DNA of 64,000 nucleotides from Poseidonia sp. Lineage in GTDB: Archaea > Thermoplasmatota > Poseidoniia > Poseidoniales > Poseidoniaceae. Below, piece after piece: positions 9,880 through 20,200 of the stretch (position 1 is the first letter of the stretch; each line of letters opens with the position of its first letter). The position numbers and the translations under genes were made by a program. Location: positions 14,122 through 78,121 of the forward strand of contig JAYOHN010000001.1 in assembly GCA_038118245.1 (NCBI GenBank). The letters run 5' to 3'. The notes under the pieces were generated by a model, which did no database searches, was not told the DNA's origin, and was given only the letters and a program-made list of their open reading frames with translations.

Positions 9880-10218
9880 ATGGGATGGTGGCCCTTCGGG
9901 AAGAAGCGCCTCTCGGCAAGCAACCCCAACGACCCCATTCTGAAGGACACAAGGACTTGGCTCGCTGAGTTGCGCGACGCCTGCGAGTTGAATTTTGACA
10001 ACCCCGAAGAGGCCCGTCGCCAGATACGCCAGATGCAGGTGGAGTGGAAAGACGCCATGGATCGAGGTGATATGGCGCCCCACCTGAGGGAAGGGTTGGA
10101 AAGCCGTGCCTTTCGCCTTTTGACCTGCAGCGACAGCGAGTGGATGGGATGGCTGGACGATTTGGCCTTTTGGAAAGCAGGATGGAAACCCACCCAAGGC
10201 GACGAGAACGAGGCTTGA
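9880..10218 (+). CDS. Hypothetical helical protein
   Basis: ATG at 9880, divergent from rlmH. Natural composition, and followed closely by the GST gene. Confidence 0.65.
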   Translation: MGWWPFGKKRLSASNPNDPILKDTRTWLAELRDACELNFDNPEEARRQIRQMQVEWKDAMDRGDMAPHLREGLESRAFRLLTCSDSEWMGWLDDLAFWKAGWKPTQGDENEA

Positions 10219-10243
10219 AGAAGGAAGCCCGTACCGGAAAAAC

Positions 10244-10936
10244 ATGGCTCAAACGCCCCAACTGCACCTTCTCTACTCGTGTCCTTTCTGCTGGAAGGTG
10301 AGAGGGCTCATCGAACACCTCAACCTTGACGTGGAATACGTGGGGGTGAACGGCATGAAGATTCGAAAGGAGGTGGCTTTCGCCGGCGATTGGGGGAAAG
10401 TTCCTGTCTTCACCGATGAAAACGGGGCGCACCACGTGGATTCAACCCCGTTGCTTCGCCACTTGGACGCGACCTACAACGAAGGGAAACTCGCCAACGT
10501 CGGCGACGCCGAGCGGCAGGCCACATGGATGGATTGGGTGGACACGCACCTATCCAAAGCCACGGTCCCCATTCTCTACGGCACGCTCGGCTCAGCGTTG
10601 AAAACAACGACCAGGATTTCAAAAATTGAGACCTTTGGCTTTTTTTCCAAACGCTTGTACGCTTGGGCGGGCTTCCCCGTCATGTGGGGCATCATCGCTC
10701 GAAAACGCGTGAAAAGGGACGGGCGAAGCCCCAAACAACTCTGGCACGACCTGTTGACTGAATTCACCAACGAGCAAAACGGAAAACCCTTTTTTGGTGG
10801 AGAGGGGCCTGATTTGGTTGATTTTGCCGCCTTTGGCTACATGAGGTCCGTCGCTCCGTTCCCACAATTCTCCTTGCTGACCGACCACGAACCTGGCATG
10901 GCCTGGTACCGGCGCATGGAATCAACGCTTGCGTGA
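10244..10936 (+). CDS. Glutathione S-transferase family, prostaglandin E synthase 2 (mPGES-2)-like
   Basis: YSCPFCWKVR, GKVPVF, VDSTPL, WMDWVDTHL, PFFGGEGPDLVDFAAFGYMR, WYRRMES. Confidence 0.85.
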   Translation: MAQTPQLHLLYSCPFCWKVRGLIEHLNLDVEYVGVNGMKIRKEVAFAGDWGKVPVFTDENGAHHVDSTPLLRHLDATYNEGKLANVGDAERQATWMDWVDTHLSKATVPILYGTLGSALKTTTRISKIETFGFFSKRLYAWAGFPVMWGIIARKRVKRDGRSPKQLWHDLLTEFTNEQNGKPFFGGEGPDLVDFAAFGYMRSVAPFPQFSLLTDHEPGMAWYRRMESTLA

Positions 10937-10945
10937 GGTGAACCG

Positions 10946-11788
10946 TTGACGGTGAACCTGAACGGGTTGACGTTTGCAGCCGTGGAGGCCGCCAGCACGC
11001 TCATCGGGACCACAAAAGGAGGTTGGTTATATGCGGGCCAACGACCGTGCTACGAAGCGAAGGTCCCGTCGTTTTACACGATGGCCAACCCCCTTACCGA
11101 ACGCCAAGTCGCCACGGCCCTAGGGTGGCCCTCAGCCGATGAGAAATCAAGCGAAGCGATGGAGGCGTTGACCTCCACTGACCTCAACGAACTCGCTGCT
11201 CATGTGATGGCCGGACCCGACTTCCACCGTTTCACGGAGGAACAAGGGGCGGCTTGGGAATTGCGAGCGCTGAGCGAAAGCGAATGGAAAACCGCTGCCG
11301 CTCAAGGCGTTTTGAACCTCAGCCCGGGGTTGACCGAGCGGCTTTGCGATGCACCGGCTGCCAGCCACCGAGGCGCCATGATGGACGGCCGCCCGAGGCC
11401 CAGCGAAGTGTTGGGGCCTGCAGCACGCCAAGTCACCGGGATGGCCGTTCATCCGAAAAACCCCGACGTGACCGCCACATCGGGAGTCCCGATTGACCGT
11501 CCGCTGCCCAACGTTGTGGCTCGACTTGCCCTCACGCCCGTGCGAACAGGTGCACCAAAACGGGTACCGGAAGCCACTGACCGCTGGGCGAATGTTCGCT
11601 CTGAGTTGCTTTGGACGACCGTTCTCGGCATCGTGCCTTCGTTCTTGATCCCGGTCCTGCGAGGCATGAGCGATTATGCCGTTGACGGCTGGGTGAACCT
11701 GTTGTTTGGAGGCTTGTGCGCCGGATTTTTCACGGGCGCTGTTTGGCGGCCGAAACGCCCCGTCCTCCTCTACGACGAAGTGTCCTGA
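10946..11788 (+). CDS. Degenerate FGE-sulfatase (SUMF1)-like domain with two C-terminal TM helices
   Basis: LIG...QRPCYEAKVPSFYTMANPLTERQV and LRALSESEWKTAAAQG resemble the FGE motifs E-P-H-V...F....PVT and RLPTEAEWEYAARG. Confidence 0.55.
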   Translation: MTVNLNGLTFAAVEAASTLIGTTKGGWLYAGQRPCYEAKVPSFYTMANPLTERQVATALGWPSADEKSSEAMEALTSTDLNELAAHVMAGPDFHRFTEEQGAAWELRALSESEWKTAAAQGVLNLSPGLTERLCDAPAASHRGAMMDGRPRPSEVLGPAARQVTGMAVHPKNPDVTATSGVPIDRPLPNVVARLALTPVRTGAPKRVPEATDRWANVRSELLWTTVLGIVPSFLIPVLRGMSDYAVDGWVNLLFGGLCAGFFTGAVWRPKRPVLLYDEVS

Positions 11789-14094
11789 CCTTGGGTCAGC
11801 GTCGCCCAAATCTTGTCCTTGCGCAGCGAATCCGCCGTACAAATCGTGGCCATGTTCACGATGTGCCGCACCCCGTCTTGACGAGCAACGAGTTGAACGG
11901 GGTGGGCCATGCCCTCCAAAATCGGCCCGGTCATTTCGGCATCTCCAAGCTCTTCAAGCAGCTTGTAAGCGATGTTGGCTGACGCGAGGTTTGGAAGAAT
12001 CAACACGTTTGCTGGACCGACGAGTTCCATGAACGGGTATTCCTCTTGGACCGCCGGGTTAAGCGCGGTATCGCTTTGCATGGGACCGTCGATCATCAGC
12101 GTTGGATCAAGCGTTCGAGCGATTTGAACCGCATCTTCGATGCGCTCGCTTCGTTGGGCACGGGTCGAGCCAAAATTGGAAAACGAGAGCATGGCAACGC
12201 GAGGAACGACGCCAAACCGTCGTGCCACCTTTGCCGTTTGGACGGCGATTTCAGCCAAGGTTCGGCTGTCGGGGTAGACATTGACGGTGGCATCAGCGAG
12301 GAAGATGGTGCGTCCCTTCACGTTCATCATGTAACACCCGATGACGCAGTGCGCATCGTCCGCCTTGCCAATGAGTTCCAACGTCGGCCGCAGCACATCG
12401 GCATAGTTCCGACTCACCCCGCCAACAAAACCGTCCGCATCCCCGGCGTGCACCATTTGGGCCGCAAAGTAAGGGCGACTTTTGAGCAGCCGAGCAGCGT
12501 CGGGCCAGGTCGTGCCTTTTCGTTGACGACGCTTGAAGAAAGCGTTGGCGTACACGGTCTTTCGCCGTTCGTCGTACCGCGGGTCGAAGGCTTCGTAGGT
12601 GAAATTCAAACCAAGTTCGTCAACCATCCGGTCGATGCGGTCAACGGGGCCAAGCAAGATGGGGTGACAGATGTTCTGTTCTACGAGTTGGGCCGCTGCC
12701 CGAAGCACCGTTTCCTTGTCGCCCTCGGGGAACACAATGCGCTTCCCCTTGCCTTTGACTTGATTGATCACTTGGCGCATGACGGAGTAAGACTCGCCGA
12801 GGCGAGCCTCCAACTCTTCTCGATAGCGAACGAGGCTGAACTCCTCGGCGCTCACGCGAGCCACGCCCTCCTCGATGGCGGCTTCAGCGACGGCGGCGGC
12901 TTCCCAAATCAGGACGCGCCGGTCAAAGGGCTTGGGAATGATGTACTCAGGCCCGTACTGCATCACGACACCGTCGTAGGCCGCTGAGATGTAATCGGGA
13001 ACGGGTTCCTTGGCCAGAGCGGCCAGGGCTCGAGTGGCGGCCATTTTCATGTTCTGCGTGATGTCTCTTGCACGAACATCGAGGGCGCCACGGAAAATGT
13101 AGGGAAAACCAAGCACGTTGTTGACTTGGTTGGGGTAATCCGACCGACCTGTGGCGATGATGGCGTCTTCTCGAACCTTCAACACCTCCTCGGGCAAAAT
13201 TTCCGGTGTTGGGTTGGCCAAAGCGAAAATGATGGGTTTCTCGGCCATGCTGGCGACCATTTCCCCGGTCACAAGACCGCCCCTGGAAAGACCCAACATC
13301 ACATCCGCCCCTTTCAGCGCATCGGCCAGGTCACCCGCAGGTCGTTCATGAGCGAAGGGGGCTTTGTATTCGTTCAATTCTCCGGCATCCAACCTCGCCT
13401 TGGTCACGATGCCCTGGCTGTCGACCAGGGTGATGTTCGCCATGGAAACGCCCACAGCGACGTAATGGTTTGCACACGCAATCGCTGAAGCCCCGGCACC
13501 GATAACAACGACCTTCAACTCGCTCAAGGCCTTCCCTTGGAGTTCAGCTGCGTTCAACAAAGCGGCGGCCGAAATGATGGCGGTGCCGTGTTGGTCGTCG
13601 TGCATCACGGGGATGTCGGTGGCTTCGGCGATGCGCCGTTCAATTTCAAAGCACTCGGGTGCTTTGATGTCCTCGAGGTTGATGCCGCCAAAGGTTTTGG
13701 AAATGTTCACGACGGTGTTGATGAATTCTTCGGGGTCCTCGGTGTCGACCTCAATGTCAAACACGTCAATCCCTGCGAACGTTTTCAACAAGAGACCTTT
13801 GCCTTCCATCACCGGTTTGCTCGCCAGCGCACCGATGTTGCCAAGGCCGAGCACAGCGGTGCCGTTGGAAACAACGGCAACCAAGTTGCCCTTGGAGGTG
13901 TACTTGTAAGCGTCCTCCGGTTGCTTTTCGATCTCAAGGCAGGGGTAGGCAACCCCTGGAGAATATGCGAGACTCAATTCATGAGCCGTTGAATGCGGTT
14001 TTGTTGGAACAACTTTGATCTTCCCTCTCGGTTCAGATTCGTGGTATTCAAGCGCTTCCTTGCGCAGCATGCGGTCCTTTTTGTTCATCGACAT
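11770..14094 (-). CDS. maeB: NADP-dependent malic enzyme with C-terminal phosphotransacetylase-like domain
   Basis: LSLAYSPGVA, SNGTAVLGLGNIGALASKPVMEGK, INLEDIKAPECF, HDDQHGTAI, ATGRSDYPNQVNN. PTA domain: RIVFPEG...VAMLSFSNFGS, ANVLILPNLASANIAYK. Confidence 0.96.
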   Translation of the reverse strand: MSMNKKDRMLRKEALEYHESEPRGKIKVVPTKPHSTAHELSLAYSPGVAYPCLEIEKQPEDAYKYTSKGNLVAVVSNGTAVLGLGNIGALASKPVMEGKGLLLKTFAGIDVFDIEVDTEDPEEFINTVVNISKTFGGINLEDIKAPECFEIERRIAEATDIPVMHDDQHGTAIISAAALLNAAELQGKALSELKVVVIGAGASAIACANHYVAVGVSMANITLVDSQGIVTKARLDAGELNEYKAPFAHERPAGDLADALKGADVMLGLSRGGLVTGEMVASMAEKPIIFALANPTPEILPEEVLKVREDAIIATGRSDYPNQVNNVLGFPYIFRGALDVRARDITQNMKMAATRALAALAKEPVPDYISAAYDGVVMQYGPEYIIPKPFDRRVLIWEAAAVAEAAIEEGVARVSAEEFSLVRYREELEARLGESYSVMRQVINQVKGKGKRIVFPEGDKETVLRAAAQLVEQNICHPILLGPVDRIDRMVDELGLNFTYEAFDPRYDERRKTVYANAFFKRRQRKGTTWPDAARLLKSRPYFAAQMVHAGDADGFVGGVSRNYADVLRPTLELIGKADDAHCVIGCYMMNVKGRTIFLADATVNVYPDSRTLAEIAVQTAKVARRFGVVPRVAMLSFSNFGSTRAQRSERIEDAVQIARTLDPTLMIDGPMQSDTALNPAVQEEYPFMELVGPANVLILPNLASANIAYKLLEELGDAEMTGPILEGMAHPVQLVARQDGVRHIVNMATICTADSLRKDKIWATLTQGQDTSS

Positions 14095-14285
14095 TCGGAA
14101 GCCCAAACCCAACGGAGAGGATGCGGTGTTTGAGCCTTATGCGGAAACACAACCCCAGCCCCCCAAACACAGGAGAACGGTCGTCGTTCGCCACCATGCT
14201 GGACCGGAAAAGGGGTGCGAGCCACGAAGCGTTGTTCCATCAACGAAGGGCCTGTTTCAAATAAGGGGAAAGAATGGTTCTGCTC

Positions 14286-17200
14286 ATGGACTGGACTCAA
14301 TCGAGCCGTACCCGACTGCCTCAACGACGGCAGGCTTTCGGATTGGTGGTGTTGCTCCTGTTGATGTCCATGAGCCCCATGCTGATGCTGCCCACGGTTT
14401 CCGCCCACGCTGAACCCAGCGGCGTGTCGTGGCCGCTTGAAGGGAGCGAAGACACGGGTTGGGTTCGTCTCGACGCCACCGGAGCCAACCCGTTGACCGG
14501 TCAACAAGCCACCGCTGACTGGAACCTCTCGTTTGCTCCGGGAGCCGTTCTTTCCAACGTCACCCTCGAAGTTCGCGCCAGCGGACAGGACGGTTTGACC
14601 GTGACTGAGCCTCACCTCACCGTCAACGGCATGGGGACCTCGCTGTTTGATTGGCGTGGACTTGGAACGCTGGGGACGGCCGATGGATTCGCTACCGGTG
14701 CAACGCACAGCGGACGATTGAACCCCAACAGCAACTCAGACGCTGGCTGGGACCTCCCTTCTGACGCAGAAATCACCGAGATGATCATTGAGGTTCTGGC
14801 TCCCTCCGACCCGAAGGTTTCGCTCACGCCCGTGGTGTTTGAAATCAACGATGCCGAAACGGACCCGGCGTCGGGTTTGCTCTACGTGGCCACCAATGCC
14901 GACCTTCTCGTGCTCAACGCCAACAACGACCCCACGATCGTTGATGCCTACGACTACCAATCAGAGGGCGGCGTGTTGGACGTTGTCATCGACGGCTCCA
15001 ACGCCGTTCTCCACCTGCTGCTGGGCGACGGGACGTTCCGTGCCTTCTCGCTGACCGACAGCACCCCTCTCGCAGCGCTTGGCGACGGCGACCTTGACCG
15101 CTTTTTGATGACGGGGGCTGGTGAGGTCTTTGCAGCCAGCGGGACAGGCCTTTACGAATGGGACGGTGGCGCTTGGAAGCAACGCGTCGTTTCAACCTCG
15201 AGCGACAGCATCACCCGCGCCCTCGCCATGGTCGAAGTGAACGGCATCGTTTACGCCTCCATCGAGGGAGCGGGCGTGTTGCGCTACAACACGGCCAACG
15301 CCCAAGCGCTATCCACGTGGTCCACCGCCAATTCCCTGCATTCCGACAACGTCGTTCACATGATGCCCTCGGGCAACCAGCTCTTGCTTGGCTCCACGGA
15401 CTTCGGTGTCGGTCGCTTTGATTTCGCCGCAGGCTTTTGGCTCTCCACCTGGACCTCAGCGAACTGGTTGAACAGCGACAACATCGCTGGGATTCAGCGG
15501 GTCGGAAGCGTTCTGTACATTCTCAACGGCGACAGCCTCCACACCTACAACATCTCCAACGGGGTGTTCTCAACCTCCTACAGCCTGTCCAACCTGAACC
15601 TCGCTGGTGAGGGTGCGTCCCTGCTCCTGTGGGAAGGCGTCGGCGCTGCCGCCCCCAACACGCCGGTCCTGCTCGTTGACGACGGAAGCGGAACCTTGGC
15701 CCGTTTGCGGCCCGGTCAATCCCCCTTTGTTGAAGCAAGCACGATTCTTGCGAGTGGCCCAGCGACCACCGACATGACCGCCGTGGTTGAACTTGACAAC
15801 GTGCTTTACATCGGAACGGGGGACGATACCGGCGTGCTGAGGTACGACATCGGCAGCGCCGTTTGGCTGACCCCGTGGACCGGCTTGAACGACAACGCCT
15901 TGGCGTTGGTCGCTGCCCCGTCCGCCGCAGGGTCCACCTCGCTGTTCGCGGCGATGGAAACACAGCCCATCGTCAACGAATTGAATCAGGCCGGTCAAAT
16001 CCTCAACACCTACGACGGGACCTCCGGTTGTTACCCCTCAACATCGACCGTGGTCGGTTTGGCCGTTGACCAAAACAGCGTGGCCATGACGCTGGAGAAC
16101 GGCGCTTTCGTCCATTTCCAGCGAACCGGCCAGCAAGCAGGAACCTGCACCGCTTACGACACCACCAACGGGCTGCCGACCTCCTTTGTTGGCGACGTGG
16201 CGCTGTTCGGCGGCGCCGCCTATGTGGCGACGGAAGACAAAGGTGTGCTGCGCTACAACATCGCCAACGATACATGGCTCGAACCTTGGGGTTCAACCGG
16301 CGTCAACGGCGTCAACGACGCACCCGTCGCCATGGTTGGTGATGTGCTCCACTTGGGCCTCCAAGGATACGGCGTGGCCCGAAAAGACATGAGCACGGGC
16401 GAAATCTTGTCACCGCTCTTGGCGACAAACCAGGGCGGTGTGCTGCCGTCCAACCAGATTTACGCCTTGGAGTCTGACGGCTCCAACCTTTACATCGGCA
16501 CTCAACAAGGCGCCCGAAAATGGGACGGGAACCAAGCCACCAATTTTGGGCAAGGAAGCACGTGGCAGACCCGGCCCTTCCAATTCTTTGATTTCGTTGT
16601 GGACGGCAGCGACTTGTACGCAGGCACGAACATCGGCGTGTGCAAGTACACCCTTTCCACCATGGCCGTGAACGATTGTCAAAACGTCTACGACGGCATG
16701 CCAAATTGGGCAACTTACAGCGTGGGCGTGGATGCCTCCTATGTGTACGGAGGAACGAACACGGGCGTTGGCCTCATCACCAAGTCCACCTTCCAACACG
16801 ACACGAACTGGGGCGAAGGAACCCAGACCGGCAACGCCGTGGTCGAAATCATGGGCGACATCGCCTACATCGGGACCGAAGGCTTGGGCGTCTTGCGCTA
16901 CAACATCACGTCCAACCAGTGGCTCACCCCGTTCACCGAAGACAACGGCGTCCTCGACGGGGGCAACGACGACGTGACCGGTTTGGTCGCCGACATCCGC
17001 CCCAACCTGTTGTGGGTGGGGGGAGACGACGGATTCCAACTGATCAACGTCACCACCGGCTCTGAAGCCTACGACATCGAGCGCAACAGCAACCTGTACA
17101 CCGCCGCAGGACCGCCACACGAGATGGTGATTCACAACAACATCCTGTACTACCACGCAAGCACGGCCAGCGACGAAGTCAGTCGTCTTGACGTGGCCAA

Positions 17201-20200
17201 CCTCACCGCCCTCACCAACCTCGACATCGGGGCACAAGTGGGAGAAAACGGCGGCGACATCGCCTCCATGGAACTCGTTGGAGACGAGGTTGTTGTGAGC
17301 GTGGTGTCGGGCCAATGGTGGAACGCTGACGGGTCTGGAGGCATCGCCCGTTGGGACACCACAACCTCCACCTTTGCTGCGAATGTGCTTCCCACCGGGG
17401 CGATTGACCGGGTCACCGCTTACGAGTCCTCCAACGGCAACCTGTGGGTGGCCTGGGGGGAACTGAAACTCGACCTCTACGACGCCAACCGGTCGTTGGT
17501 CAACTCGTGGACCACGTTTGATTTGCCGATTCGCGGTGTTGTTGAATACAACGGCGAGACCTTGTTCGCCACCGAAGACGGGGTGCTTCGGTACAACGAA
17601 TCCACCAACCAATGGAACTCTCCTTGGGAGGCGGGGAACGGACTGCCGAGCAATGCTGGGAGCCAATTCTACGAACTTTGGACCGACGGCACCAACCTCG
17701 TGGTCGGCGGAGTCCGATTCAACAACTTTGGCGGCTTCATTGAGGGTGTGATTTCTCACCGCAACGGGGCAGGAGCCTGGACGGCCTACGCCGCCGATTC
17801 AAACACGAACATCCCCGATGGGTATCCGATCTCGATGGAGATGTGCGGAGGGTTGCTCAACATCGCCATGTACAACGGAAACGGGGGCATTGCACGCATT
17901 GACCTGCAAAACGCATCGGTCCAGTCCGATTTTGATCGAAGCATGCTCGATGGATTTTCACCCGCATCGGTGACCTGCGACGCTCAGGACACGCTCTACA
18001 TCGGCTACTACAACGACAACCAACCCATCTCGAGGTACAGTTATGTCTCGGGGGCCTTCCTTTCCAGCTTGACCACCTCAAGCCACAACCTGCCCAGCGA
18101 CCGCGTGTGGTACGACGGTTTGGCCCATTCAGGCACCCAGCTCCTCGTCGGCCACGGCATCGGGTTGTTCGGGACCAACGTCATCGGTGGAGGGTACTCC
18201 ACCTTGGTTGCGAACGGAGCGACGGCCTTGCAGGCTCAAGTTTACGGCGGTGGTTCTTCCGTGACCTCCTTCCAATGGAAGACCGGCGCCTCGCAGTGGC
18301 TTCTCGGTCAAGCCGGCGGTGCCTCGGGCTACAGCCATGTCTCAAGCCTGTCATCGAACGGCATGCAGAAAATTGTCGACCTCCCGGGTTTGGTCAGCGG
18401 CCAAGTCTCGGCCATGACCGCCAACAGCACCCACATCTGGGCAGCAACCGGCGGCGGACAAAACGGCGGCGCCGGCAACTTTGGTGGCAGTGGAACCGGA
18501 CTGCTTCAAGGCATCTTCCTGCCCAACGGCAGCGTTGAATGGACGTACGGATGGACCCTCCCAGGCAACACCGTCGCCACCGACCTCGCCTTGAACGGCG
18601 GCGACGTGTACATCGCCTCCAACCCAGGCGGTCTGTTCAAACTGAACACCCGAACCCAATCCATCTCTTCCATCGGTGGTTCGCTTCACGGCAAGTTTGA
18701 CACCATGCATCCGTACAACGGCCAGTTCGTCATGGGACTGGCAGGTGACGGCGGAAGCCCTCCCGGCGTTCAAGTTTTTGACCCTTCCACCGCTCAATTC
18801 GGAAACGGTCGCCTCATCGCAGGCCTCCCATCCAACATCGTGAACGGCTTTGCGACGACAACAGATGTCCTCTACATCGCCACCAGCGGCGGCATCGGAC
18901 GATGGAATTACACCACCAACGACTGGATGGACTCCATCACGGCAAGCAACGGATTGCCCAACGACATCGTCGAAGACGTGGTTGCGGTTGGCAATGATGT
19001 GTACGCAGCCACGCCCTCTGGCGTGTTTGTCTGGGACGCAACCACAAACGCCGGCACGACCATGACCACCGCTGACGGCCTCATGGGCAATTCAGCTTGG
19101 GGGCTGGTCACGCACACCGACGCCTCGGGGTCGATTTCCGTTCTCGTAGGTCACGACGGTCGAGGGGCAGAACGCCCCGGGGTGAGCGTTGTTGATGCCG
19201 CCGCCCAACAAGTCACCTCCACGCACCGCTTCGACCAGATACCCTCCAACACCGTGACTTCCCTCGCCAGCGATTGGTGGGGCGTTCATGTTGCGACGGA
19301 CGGTTGGCCGCTGACGCATTGGAACGCCTCAAGCGGCGAATTTGAAGACGGGGTTCGCTTCACTCAAGTGCAATACCCCGTTCAACACATGTTCAGCAAC
19401 GGGGACCAGGTTCTGGTGTTGGGTGGTGAAAACGACGGAATTTTGGTCCAAGCTCGAACAGACGCCCACGCCTCCCTGAACGTCTTCCGGCCTGGAAGCG
19501 TGACGGGAGGAACGTTGGGTGCAAACACCGTTTGGCTCCTCACCGAAGACGGCTTGAAAGGCTGGGCGAACAACCGTCAGTACACGCCCGTCGATGAGTC
19601 CAGCATGCGCCGGGCTCTGCCCTTGACCGTTCGAGCGATGAACAACGGCGGTGGTGTTGATGTAAGCAACATGACGCATCCAGGCATGCCCGTACAGCTC
19701 GTCTCACCAAACGACCCCTTCCAACTCGACAACACCGTGGGGACGCCAGGCACCCACAACCTGCTCTTCCAGAACGTCCCGGTGGTCATGACTTCCCCCG
19801 TGAGCGGCGCTGCGGTTTGGGCCAAGGCCGTCTCGCTCAATTACGACGCAACCTTGGACATCAGCGAAGACCCGGCTTTGGGCTTGAATCTGCAAGACGC
19901 CGTTGACAACGGACAACTCTACAACAACACACGCCATGTTTCGCTCCGGCTCATCTCGCCTGCAAACGGTTCAATGGAGGTGCGCATCACCTACGACTAC
20001 GTTCGCTCCGACACCCCGGTCACGATGGAGGGTTTGGTGGACCGACCCGACGACGGTGGAGGCGTTCTCACGGCATCTTGGTCTTTGGTTCACGACGAAG
20101 ACTTCGCCCGATATCTGATCTTTGTCAACGAAGGCCCGTGGACCTCGGACCCCACCGAACTGATGCTGTTGGGCCAAAGCCCCGACAAAGCCGTCTCTTT

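Noticed and set aside
14095..14285. Possible tRNA/ncRNA in larger intergenic gaps (also 29592-29697, 33606-33709, 57220-57314)
   Set aside because: No cloverleaf, T-loop GTTCRA context or convincing long stems were found by eye. A covariance-model search would be needed to exclude small RNAs.
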